From Anthoceros angustus (taxonomy: Eukaryota > Plantae > Anthocerotophyta), in contig VJWM01000273.1 in the NCBI GenBank assembly GCA_010909165.1, positions 81,848-145,847 of the forward strand: a stretch of 64,000 nucleotides of DNA. Direction: 5' to 3'. The notes under the pieces are model-generated. The model was not told the DNA's origin. It saw only the letters and a list, made by a program, of their open reading frames with translations, and made no database searches. Both the position numbers and the translations under genes were made by a program. Every line of letters starts with the position of its first letter. The first letter of the stretch is position 1. This document shows positions 49,374-61,500 of this stretch, one piece after another.

Positions 49374-51838
49374 TTCCCCTCTGGTGGTAAAGTCCACAAG
49401 CCGACACTTCTCGCAGATGACTCGCATCAAGAATCCTCGTGGAAGCCGCAAAGGCAAAGCACTCTAGAGGAAAGGGACTGTGGAGGGGAGGAGCGGGAAG
49501 AAGCATGGTGGACGAGGAAGAGTGGGAAGATGCTCTGCTGGGCGCGGATGCCAAGAGAAACGAAAGTTTGAGCCTTCAAGTATGAACTTGCAAAAGAGAG
49601 GCCAAAACGTGGGATGGGGCCAAACCCTTGGGGAAAGGGAGGGCGTGCTGGATGGGTGCTTTGGTTTGAGAAGAAGCATGGTAGGTACCCAACCGAAGAG
49701 GAGGCAGAATATGGGAGGCTGAAGAGGACGATCTCCATGCAACCTCTGTGGGCGGTTCGCGATAGGGGCGGTTCTGTCCCGGAGTTCCTACAGCGGGTAA
49801 GACATGGAATACATGAAAACACCCCCGAGGTTCAAAGCTTGCCGGAGAACAAGGGAAATGACTATTTTGTTGAATGACATGGAATTGGAGATGGATCCAG
49901 ATCCGTGGCGTTCCAGACGAAGGATGGAAGACAGAGCCACCGGGTGGACGAGGTGGTGGATGTGGAGGGATAACTAGGAGGACGAGGGAGTAGATGCTTG
50001 GGGAGAGAGAGACATCTGAATGGAAGGGAGGCGCTTGGAACCATGAAGGTGGGATGGTGATGGGGAAACAGTGAGGAGGCTATCACGCAATGACATCGTG
50101 AAAGCCGACGACACCACGATCACCCGATGGTGATGGACCATGCATGCCCGGTGATAGTGTGAATGAAGAGTGTGAGCGATGTATAGGGAGAGGCGGCCAC
50201 GAACGGACTCGAATTGGGGGTGCCCACATCAAGTTCCGCCATGGCGAGGAAGGGAGGGACTTGGTATCAAGAGTGGCTAGGCCCAACAAAGGAGGGTGTG
50301 TCAAGAGGGCAGCCGGTAAAGGCGTGTTGGGAGGGTGCCCGCCATCGCCTAGTGACGGCACGCACATTGTTGGGTGAGGAGGGACGGGGCCGTGAAGGCA
50401 TGAGGGATGGAATTGAGGGGCGGATGCGATCAGAGCATGGGAGGCAATTGTGTCGTCACCGAAGGAACATGCATGGGTCCAGTGGCCGAACAAATGGGTG
50501 GGAGTGAGGATGGCGGATCGAGGAGAGGACCGGGTCCGCAAGGAAGCCATGGTCGTGGTGGGGCCAAAAGGCGAGTGGCCATGAGGGAATTGTCGTGGGA
50601 GGGAGAAAGAGGCAGCAAAGGGGTACATGGATGGCGCAAGACAACAAAGGGCGCAGAGGATGAGGCAAGGACGAAATTGAGGGCGTGCCTAACTGTGACA
50701 CATACCGCACACTCCGAAAAGCATGGACCTCCACAGGGCCCCATTGGAGGCTACGCCACGTGACAAAGGTGGAGGCCGAAAGAGGAAAGCGGGGGAGGTG
50801 CGGGAGGCATCGAGGCCGTGTCACTGGGCGCCACAAATGAAAGAGCGAGGATGGAAGGAGCGGTGGGCAAGAGGTACATAAGAAAACCGGATGGAGTGGG
50901 AAGGTAAGCACTGAAGGTCACAGTACACTATGCTGGACATATCAAGGGCATGATGTATGTGCGTGGGTGCGTGAGGGGCTGGAAGGGAGATGGATGCGAT
51001 GGAAAGGGCAAAGCCGGTCGCGATTTAACGCAAGAGGAAGGGAGGAAGAAAATCGCAAAAGGGGTGTAGGAGGTTTCCTTCATGCATACGATGAGGAGTA
51101 GGAAATTAGAAATGATGAAGGCCATGTATGGAGCCAAAGAACCCGCGCAGCAAAATCAGGCGAAGGACAATAGTAAATGCACCATAAGAAGGGCGAGCCA
51201 TGGCAAGAAGCCGATGGGCATGGGGACAAGCCGCACGTAACGCCCGCTAGAGAAGGTAGGTTGCGACACACCGGATAGACAAAATAGGTCAGGGTGAAAT
51301 GTGGGATGTATCCGCTGTGTGAATGATGAATACAAAGTATAGTATCCTCGACGTACAATTATGTACGTAGGTGACGATAACGTGTTTTATACAAAAGAAA
51401 TATAACCGTATGTCACTGAAATTATCGATATGGATATCACCAATACCAGATTCTAACATGTATGCATATGTATTTATTTATATGTATTCATACGAGGTAA
51501 TAAGGGAAACCAAGTATTCTATATGGTAAATGTAGTAAAGGAGGAAGGTAGATGGGGAGGAGGTTCGCAAAGCCTCCAAAAGTGTTACAAGACTTTTCTT
51601 GTAACACTTTATATGTTGCAACTGTTGCAATCTTGAGAGAGGACAAAAGCGCCTCTCACTTCATCTCAACAAAATTGTAACTCCCTTGCAACATGGTTGC
51701 AACAAACACTGTTGGTTTCCAAGCCAAAGTGTAACAAGCGGCCCAAAGTGTTACATGACCCCAAAATTGCAACATAAGTGTTACATCCGGGGTCCAAATC
51801 TTAACATAAAGTGTAACATAGGTCGCTTTTCTAGTAGG

Positions 51839-54800
51839 GAGGCCACCATCCTCTAGAGACCTTCACTTTCGACCTTGGGCAGAGGAGAATATTCAATAGA
51901 GGGTGTATGGGCGACATTGGTCTTACACCAACCTTGAATTGATAGAGGAGTGTTTTGCTAACCGCAGCAGAGGAAGAGGAATTTACCGGATAGAAACGCA
52001 CGGACGGATCCACGGTTGGACCGTAAGGAGCATACGCCGTATATGGCAGCCGGAAGAGGATAGCGGAATCACGCTGATGGAAGGAACGAGGAGGCAAGCG
52101 CATCAACGGGCGGATCTTCCCAAGGAGTACCCTTATGCAAGGCATGAAGGCTAAGTCCAAGAACTGGCGGATGACCAAATCTTGGAGCCCAAGTGGAGAT
52201 TGTTCACAAGAATTGTTTTGGGCTTGGTGAGCAATCCAAGGGTGTCATATTTCAGCACTACCTTCCTCCATTTTCTATGGAAGATCACTCAAGGAGCCCG
52301 GATTGGGGCTCATCATGTATGAAGCATACACTACCACCGAAAAGTTGTCAAACCCAACGCTTGGATGAAGCAGTCCATGCTATATCTTAGCACTTATCTA
52401 GTGCATTTGTGGGAAGTAGAGGGCTCACAAGTAAGGAGTTGGATGATTCCAAGCATCCCTTTAACATTGTGTACTTACAGCCGAGAGAGGGACAGGAGTG
52501 CTTGGTGCTTTGCTAAAGGAGGTGCCAGCCACCGGACATTATTGCCGGAAGGAATCCTCCAAAGATAGGCCGAGGATGCTGGAGGACTTGCAAGGAGAAG
52601 TTGTAGGGGATTTGAAGTTTGGACCGCGGAGATGCGGAGATGGAAGGTAGGATAGATCCTACCATGGCGTGAATCCCGCAAGGGTGGGAGGTGTTCCCAC
52701 AATGGTTTGGGACCCCTTCGCCTCTCATGACAAGGCCTACGGCAGAATTAGTCCCACCACGGGAAGTAGTCCCACTAGGAGCACCTCCTACCACGGTAGG
52801 AGGAAAGGAAGTCACGGTTTGGAAGCTCCCAAGGGAGATAAGAAGGCAACCGGCCTGCTAGGTGGGCGAGCGGATGGAGTCACGGGAGGAGTTGCACCAA
52901 GTGATGAGCGGGAGCTCATCATAGGGAAGCAAGGGATGTAAGATCCCATGAGCAAGGCAAAGGCCTTGAGTCTCCCGAGGTAAGAAAGGAGACTTAGACA
53001 TGTTGGAGGAGATGCTGCGATAGGGAGATGTTCAGAAGGTAGACCAAAGAGGAGAGTTGAATTTTGAAGACGGAGGCGAGAAGACAAGGACCTACCAAGC
53101 AAGGGAAATTGCAGGTAGGGAAACCCGCGTGAGGATGTTATGAGGATGGAAGCTCAAGTGGAGCACTTGGAGAAGAGTCTTGAGAAGGCAACAGAAACAA
53201 ACCATCATATTCGGAGAACAAGGCTCTACCAAGCAATTGGCAGCTCGAGAGGAGAAGGTGGAGCAACTTGCTCACATGGGACATGGGAAAAGAAGGCGAA
53301 GACAAGCAAGTGCTGCTAATGGAGGAAAGGTCAAGACGAGAGCACCGCAAAGAAATGAGGGCAGACAAAGGCAAGGCACATGAGCGGGTCATAGCCACAC
53401 ATGTGAAGATTAGTGACATGGAAAAGGAGTTGAGAAATCGAGGCTGGAATTGAAGGAAGAAGAGCTGGAAGAACGGACATTTTGTCCAAAGATTGGAAAT
53501 GGAACGAAGTCCAGAACGGAGAATGCACAACCCCTAGGAGGATAGGGGAGTTGAGGAAGAAATGGCAAGGAGAAAGTCACATGAGGCTCAGATATGTTGG
53601 CAGGAGGAGATGGGATTATGAAAGAGATTGATCCGCAAAATGAGAGGACAGAATGTGTCCATGTCAAGGGTGAGCTGAGCGAGATGCTTACAAAAGGGTG
53701 TGAGCATGGAGTATGGCTTGAGGATTACGAAGAATTGGAGATGGCACAACAACGATTTGCGCATCTTCACAACAAGGTGCTCAAGGCCACTAACGAGTTG
53801 TTGAGGAAAGGAGAATGTTGGGACGATGATGATAGGGAGGCCCTCATGCAAGTCCAACCGAAGGCTTGAAGAAGTGCACATGGAAAGGCTGCACTGTGAG
53901 AATGAGAAGGGAGATGGCACAAAGAATAAAAAGAGTGCATAAAGGCTCACAGGATCACAGGAGATAAGGGACTGGAGGAGTAATGGGAGACCTCTGGAGA
54001 GTCCTCAGGACAGCAGCCCAAGCTACTGAGAGTGCCTCACTGTGGAGATCCCACTGAGGGAGAAAGAAAGCGGGAGAAGCCCACGTGGAGGTAGAGGGAA
54101 GAAACACTCAGGAACTCCCACTGGTAGGAGGAGTTCCTACTGCAGAGGGACCCCACCGGTAGGAGAAGGTCCTACCATGGTAGGAGGGCCGGAAGAAGCA
54201 TGGATTCAAAGGCTAGCATGGATTTGACGGCAAGGGAGGCGAGTACCTTGGCCCTTGCAGAAAGAAGGAAGAGGGGTTGATCTGTGAATGGAGCAAGAAT
54301 CACAAGGAGAAGACCAACCTCCCAACATGGGTGCAGGAGTAAGGAGCTCACTTGCTCCACAAGTGAGAGGAAGAGGAGAAGTCGAGGATGAGCCAAGGCT
54401 AAGAGAGCCCGGCTATTTTATTGGAGGAAGGAACTCAAGATAGGCATCAAGATAAGGAAGGGATTCATAAGAAGTCCTTAAATTAGCTTGAAGACATGGG
54501 GCAAGATGCCACTTGGGAAGACTTTTCTTTAGAGGAGGATGCATTAATGCTTGTCACCAAAGAGAGTGTGTTGACTAGCTAGATAGGAATGTTGACAGAG
54601 CCATTAAGGCTCACATAGGTGAATTTGCTAGAATAGAATTTTACCCAAGATGCTTGGATGTCGAACTTAAAGTCCACAATAGGATACACTAAAATAAGGA
54701 GGCAAAGGCTGTGAGGGCTGTGGGAGGTCAGTATGTGAGGACCTCCTATAAAAGGAGGGAGCTTGTGAAGTAAAATTATCGTGTTCTTGGCCTCCCATCC

Positions 54801-55577
54801 TCCGAGTCCTTCACTTTGTGTGTGAATTTGCCGCAAGCCAACGCAAAGGTCGTAGAGAGGGAGAACGCAGGCCGGAGTGAGGGCTTGTTTTGCAGCGCCC
54901 GCTACCGCCTCCCTTGTGAATGGTTGCTGTGGTGAATTGTTTTGCTTTGAGTGTGTGGCGATGCTCAAGGAACTCTCTTGAGGGTAGACTGCAGGAAAGA
55001 CTCGGAGGTTCTCCCGTCTGCAAAACCACATAGCAACCGCCCAAGGAAGAACTCACACTTCCTGACGACCCTGTGCGCCAGCCGTAAGGGCGAGTTGGAA
55101 TTAATGAGCCAAAGAATTGGTGTTAGAGTAGGAGATTGTGGAGGAAGGAAGGTAGATGAGTAGAGAAGAAGAGGGCGTTGTTGATTGAGAGAGTTGTGAG
55201 GAGGATTAGAGTGTAGGAAAACTAAGGCCAGGTGCAGCCTAAGGGACGAATCCCAACTGCAAGTAAGAGGGCGCCTGTGTGGAGAAGAGTGTCTTAGGAG
55301 TAGGGACGGTTATGTGTGGGTCCCCTCGCCCGTGATAGACACCTCATAAGACGACTGCAATTGTGTGTCACAGGTTGAGGTTTGGTGAGTTTACGGCAAA
55401 GGCAGGCGGTGTGTAGAGGGAGCGTGAGAGGGCGCCTTGCTTGTTTAGAAGGTCGAGGTAGTGTGGAGTCAGGTAGTGACGATTTCAAGATCTGACTCCA
55501 CAAGTCTCATGGGACAAACCCAACGATTTAAAACGACAAGGGATAAGTGGTCTAGAGGGTGCATGGAGCCTCCCACA
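51839..55577 (+). mobile_element. Athila/Tat-like element A2, 3' part (env-like ORF ~51839-53870, repeat tail, LTR)
   Basis: Reverse complement of A1/A3 sequence, with NLELIEECFAN, ILEPKWRLFTRIVLGLVSNPRVSYF and LSTYLVHLW. Confidence 0.8.
54590..55577 (+). repeat. 3' LTR of A2
   Basis: TGTTGA...CCTCCCACA with CCTATAAAAGG, homologous to 14635-15653. Confidence 0.85.
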
Positions 55578-58500
55578 AATATCCAAGAGATGTCAAGGTG
55601 GTATCAGATCCGAGGTCATCCTCAGCCATTATCTCACCCTAGTAGCATCTCTTGGTGGAATTCGCATTCACATGGAGGGAGAATTCTCCTCCTGGCTGAG
55701 CTGCTTGGGGCATAATGCAAAACCGTCTCTCCTACCAAGATTCTATGCAATTTCATGGTGCTCTTCCTCAACCTGTTTCTCCTTCTTCTTCCCCAACTGC
55801 TTCTGCACTGGGAGGAACCTCACCGAGCTCACGCCTTCTTCTTCACTCCTGCAAAGCCACCTGGCCTTGCACCCTAGCCCCAAATTCAACTTCCCTGGAG
55901 GATTTGAAACGAAATTCTCCAAAGTTCTCACGCCATCAGGCTAAGGGAGCCTACAATTTAAGCCACGCCCCACCCTTCCCACTCCCCAGTTAGGGAGGTG
56001 GTTGCCCTTGCACCTGCTTCTTCCTCTTCTCTTTTCTTCCCTGCACTCCTCTGCGCCCGGCTTTTCTCCTCCGTTGCCCAACTTGCGCCCTCCTCTTCAG
56101 CCCCATGGGCGTGACGGGCGCTCGATGGGGGCCTTGGGTGCTTGAGGTGTGGCTCACTTCCCCGTGGAGGCCTCCTCAAGTTTCGAGAGGCCTCCGCAGC
56201 ACTGGAACTTTTATAAGTCACCCAAGGGTTAGAAAAGTAACTACCATTCTATCCTGCCTTGGATGTGTGCCACGTGGCCCCTTTCTCACCGCTGATGTTA
56301 GTTTCTAATTTATACTAAAATACCATTTTCCCTATTTTCTAATTTCTAATTCGAATTAGCCTCTAATTTCTTAATTACCTATTTTGGTCTTTTCTAGTCC
56401 ACTAAAAGACTCTATATAGCAAGCCTATCCTAAAACATAAGCTACCCTTAGCTATCTCCTACGTGGTAGGACACCTACCATGGTAGGCATTTTCCTCTTC
56501 TCCTACCACGGTGGAGTTACTCTCCTGGTGGATACCTTCCTAGCCTTTGCTACCATGGTAGGCTATTCCTACTGGTAGGTGATCAAAACACTAGCAGGTC
56601 ATTGTCCTACGGTGGTAGGATCTCTCCACCCTCGTCTACCATGGTAGGAGTTTCTCCTATCATGGTGGGACACCTCCTACCACTCATGTAGGTTACCTTT
56701 CTCCTCACCAGGTCGTTTTGACCGGTAGGAGTTCCTGCTTTCTTCTTACCCTTCCGGGTGACTCTCCACCGGCTTCTCACTTCACTTGCTTCTCCCCGTG
56801 CAGTTTCTTCACATTGTGGGACACTCTCCAAGTCTAAGGCTTGGTTGGGTGGCATGAGGGCCTTATCATCATCATGGTCCCAACATCCTCCTCTCGGTCG
56901 TAACAACTCGTTAGTGGCCTTGAGCACGTTGTTGGAAGATGGGCTGCAAATCGTTGTTGTGCCATCTCCAATTCTTCGTAATCCTCAAGCCATACTCCAT
57001 GCTCACACTTGCTTTTGAAGCATCTGGCTCAAGAGCCGCTCACGGTCTTGACGGGAAGCCACATTCTCGTCCTCTCATTCTGCGGTTGGGATCAATCTTT
57101 AGGCGTGTCGGGAAATCTCTCCTCGCCATAGTCAAGCCTCATGACCTTTTCTCCTTTGCCATTCTTCCTCAACTCCCTATCCTCCTAGGAGTTGTGCATT
57201 CTCCATGGACTTCGTTCCATTTCCAATCTTGGACAAAATGTGTTCTTCGCTCTTCTTCCTTCAATTCCACCTCGGATTTCTCCAGCTCCTTTTCCATGTC
57301 ACTAATCTTCCACGGTGGCTATGGGCTCATGTCGCCTATTTTGTCGCCTCATTTCGCGGTTGCCTCTTGACCTCTCCTCCATTAGCACTTGCTTGTCTTC
57401 ACTACTAGGAAAAGTATAACTAATTGCGGTTTGGGGTGCATTTACCACACCATTTTACTATGTCAATTGAAGGCACCGTTTCAAGTCCATGTATTATTTT
57501 CAAGTATATAGAATTTACTAAACCTCATTCCAACTTTACTCGAGGCTTGTTTTGCCAAAGCGCAACGGTGACGTGGCAAAACAAAATGGATTTTACTACG
57601 GGCACTTGTTACCTGTGAGCTTATGAGCGTTACAACAATGGCATGTTTGTTTCAGGCCATCAATTTACTCAGGACTTTTCTCCATTACAACGGGTTCTTT
57701 TACAACATGCCAATGGTATTTTACAACATCCCATAGTTTACTACACACCCGTAGGGTTTTCAACAAGACCCTTTACGACTAGACACTTACAAAGACTAAT
57801 TTAGAATGGGTTTTGATGATAACCCACATCTTTTACCCTAAAAAGAAAAAAGTAGAGGTAAGGTGTACATCGACGGCTTGGGCTAGGCCGACCTAAACGA
57901 GAACAAGGGACATGCTGAAAATCCTCCATATGCATCCACATCCCTATGCATCCATATTTTCTTCAAAGACAACGTTTTCCACGCGGTTCCCGAACCACTT
58001 TATCATACAAAAAGTTTGAATTAGTTTGGGTGACACAAGGGTAAAGGGATCATCTTGAACTCGTAGAAGGATAACAAGATCTAGGGTTCACTATGTGCAT
58101 TCCAATTGTCCTTCTTCAATCCCTTTTGTGATCATTTGCATCCTCATAAACTAGTTTGAACCACTTAACCTTTAAAAATTAGTTGATGACAACCCAAAGT
58201 CAACCTTTAAAATTTTCTGCACTATTCCCACATATGGCCGAGGAGAAGTGGCCGAGGATTAGGGTTTGGGTCAAATTAACCTTGGCCTTCAAAATCGAGT
58301 TGAATATGTCGGATGAGGGTTAGGGTTTGGTTAAAGTAACCTTGGCTTGGATTCGCATGGAATATGCTAGCTTGAGGTCTAGGGTTCGGGTAAAGTCCTA
58401 TTATCACCGATATCCAAGGAAGAAGAAGGCTATAAATGCAATGATAATGTGCTAATTCACCAAGCCATATCCAGGGTTTGAGCTCCATTCCCACCAGAGC

Positions 58501-61500
58501 AAAAACATCATGCAAAACACGCACGGCGAGTGCTGCGAAATTCCTGCTCAACCTAATGGCGGAAGTCCTGACTATGAGTCATTTCCGCCGGCGTTTCACA
58601 CCGCGGTCAAGGGAGAGACGCTGTACAAGTGTATGGAAAACCCTTCGTCTCGTATCATGACTCGAGAGGCAAGCCCGCACCAATCTGGACGCCATGGCCG
58701 CCACGCTAAACCCTGGAGATGGAGATGGAGGCAGCTAGTCGTCGAAGTCGCGCCAAGGGAGAGTGCCTGCAGCTATCTTAGAAACTCAAGTGCTTGTTCC
58801 AGCCAGATTTGGGCTCAAGGGTTGCAAGGATTGATGTTTCTGTGTCCCGCTGCAGTGCCAGGTGCGACTTACCTGACTCTGCCTGGTGCAGGCAGCCCAT
58901 CAACAAAGTCGTTCCCACGACTCCTAGAAACCCGCACGTGAGCAGATTTCATGTCACTGACGACTAACTGCGAGATCTGAGTGCGTCTGGGCTTAGAGCA
59001 GGTGGCTACGCACCCACAGCAAGGCACCACCTCCCCGCCTCACTAGCCGCAGCAGCGTTGAGCCACAGCAACGCTGATCCAACAAGTTTGGGGTTTCCAA
59101 CGGGGTCATAGCGCCCGCGTTACAGGTCGGTTGCTGTTGATTCTTATACCAAACTGCTCGCCTTGATGAGGCAAGTCTAATGGTATACCGTGTGTCCAAT
59201 TTGGAGCCCTATCCAGGGACTGATTGCGTTTGAAAGTTTCGAACAGCAGGGTTTTGCTCTTGCTGCATTTGCTTTGATTTTCAATCTGGCATCGCGAGTG
59301 AGCGAGGCTGCAAGCTTTGCATGTGAGCTGGAGTTTTGCTGTGCTGTGTTTCTCAATCCTAGGGCAGACATAGGGGACCGATGCTGCCGCATGATCAAAG
59401 CAGTTGAACTTTCTATTTTGTGCTGGAGGAGGGTGCCATGAAGAGGGTGAAGGATACAGGTAGCAATACCTACACATGCTTTGGCCATGTGGTGGCTGGA
59501 TAGGTTCAGAGGAAAGTTTGGGAGGGAGCCAACCGTGGATGAGATCAGAGCTGTTACAGTTCACGGAAATTGGCTGGTGAAGCTGGATGAATTCCAAAAT
59601 CACAAGTCCTGCTTTGGGTCCACAGGTTAACTCGGGGGGATTGACACTGCTATTAACGCGTGGAAACCAGTTGGTTGAGGCAGGTTACCCAACCGATGAA
59701 TGCGATACCCAATCATGGGGCTTGGCTTATAAAGTTGAAAGAGTTTTGGATGCAGTCTGGAACTAGAACTCCAGCTTTGGGTCTGCAAGTGGACTCAAAG
59801 GGCAGAAGGACAAGGCGATTAATGTGTGGACCTTGTTGAAGGATGCAGGCTATTCCATCAAGGAGTGCGATGAAGGTCATGGAGGCCATCCTAAAGCAGA
59901 ATGTCATAGATGACGGTGGATGGTGGGGCATTATCTTCCCGCAAAGTTGCAAGACAAGCTGAGGATGCTTGAGCATGATTCTGTTAGGTCGTTGTCCAGA
60001 CTATTGTGTCTATTTTGTGATAGCCTGAAGTTCTGTGAACTTGAACTGATTTAAGTTCGTGGTTCTTTTTGTGTGGCAAACCTTTGGGGCAGGTCTTTGA
60101 GGTGCTGGGTGGAGAAAATTCTTAGATGCCCTGTGTAGCATGTAGGGGGCTGGGAGTCTAATATATTGTAGGATGTAGGTGCAATCCCAATTCAGACCCC
60201 ATAACCCACACCCGCCTAGCACTCTTCATTTTTACTACAACAGAGTGCACTTTACTACAGCAATATAAATCTATTTACTTTACTACGGTCCTGATTACAT
60301 CAGATTTTTACTACGCCTTATTTTGCAGGTGTTTTACAACCCGTTATAACTACAGTTCACGATTAACCTAACCATGGTTACATAACTATGGTTTATAAAC
60401 CACTTATTTAACTTCAGTTAATAAACTTGAGTTAATTCACATTGGTTACTTAACCATATTTTATTAACCACGATTACGCTTGTTGTAAATGCCGTAGATC
60501 ATTGTAGTAATTGTTGTTGTAAAGTGAATCAGTAGTTAAACCCTCTAACGGTCAACTCAGAAAGTACATCGTATGTATGTCATACAATACGATATAGCCA
60601 TGGTATACTTGTGGAAGACATTACTACGGAAATTAACGCTATGTGTTTACAACGGCATTTTACTACAGTAATTGTAGTAATGTCCGTAGTAAATCTGTAA
60701 AGGACACCTTTCCTAGTAAGCTCCGCCTTTTCTTTCCCATGCGCACTATGTGAGCAAGTTGCTCCACCTTCTCCTCTCGAGCCCAATTGCTTGGTAAGAG
60801 CCTTGTTCTCGAATATGATGGTTTGTTTCGCTGCTCCTGCCTCAAGACTCTTCTCCAAGTGCTCCACTTAATCTTCCATCCTCATAACATCCTCCCCGCC
60901 ACTGGGTTTCCGCCGCCTACACCTGCAATTTCCCTTGCTTGGTGGTCCTTGTCTTCCGCCTGCCTTCAAGAATTCAACTCTCCTCTGCGGCTCCTATGTT
61001 CTACCTTGTCAACATCTCCCCTAAGCATCTCCTCCAACATGTCCAAGTCTCCTTTCTTACCTCGGGAGACTCAAGGCCTTGCCTTGCTCATGGATCTCAC
61101 ATCCTCGTTTCCCTATGATGAGCTCCCGCTCATCACTTGGTGGGGCAACCTCCCACCCACCGTGACTCCATCCGCCGCCCACCTAACGGGCCGGTTGCCT
61201 CTTATCTCCCTCTTGGGAGCTCTAAACTGTGACTTCCTTTCCCTCCCACCGTGGTGGAGGTGCTACCGAGGGGACTTCACTTCCCACCGTGGTAGGACTA
61301 ATTCCCGCCACCGCTTGGTCATGAGAGGACGAAGGGGTCCCAAACCAGCAGTGGAACACTCTCCCACCCTCGCGTGGATTCCCTGCCATGGTAGGATCTA
61401 TCCTACCTTCCATCTCCTCAGATCCTCCGCTGGTCCAAACTTCAAATCCCCTACAACTTCCCTTGCAAGTCCTCCTGCACATCCTCCGGGCCTATCTTTG

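Larger units (their letters stand above)
40900..50900 (+). pseudogene. CACTA TnpA-like second ORF, split by the Copia insertion (40900-41964 and 49374-50900)
   Basis: ELGYMARWRDVPRGEKAWLVKSVSNAFP up to the insertion, then PWGKGGRAGW..FEKKHGRYPTEEE and a C-terminal HGP..GPIGGYA.V pattern typical of TnpA/PTTA-TNP1 proteins. Confidence 0.6.
38690..51838 (+). mobile_element. CACTA/EnSpm element (left end missing) with nested Copia
   Basis: Tnp2 and TnpA-like ORF remnants on plus. Subterminal GTGTTACA/TGTAACA/GTTGCAAC repeats at 51580-51820. Right TIR TTTTCTAGTAG(G) at 51827-51838. Confidence 0.8.

Noticed and set aside
40500-51300. Ty3/chromovirus pol on the minus strand (long ORFs 40500-41372 and 40868-41854, MFHVSY-like motif)
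   Set aside because: No RT YxDD, no LTR pair or PBS. The plus strand gives coherent CACTA TnpA-like motifs continuous with Tnp2 and the right TIR, so the minus ORFs are shadow frames.
55599-55608. TGGTATCAGA as a Met PBS after the A2 LTR
   Set aside because: It is about 21 nt from the LTR end and lies in the antisense of the A3 second cassette, with no gag downstream.
58255-58395. TTAGGGTTT-like motifs as interstitial telomere
   Set aside because: They are isolated telo-box-like copies inside a TE, not tandem arrays.
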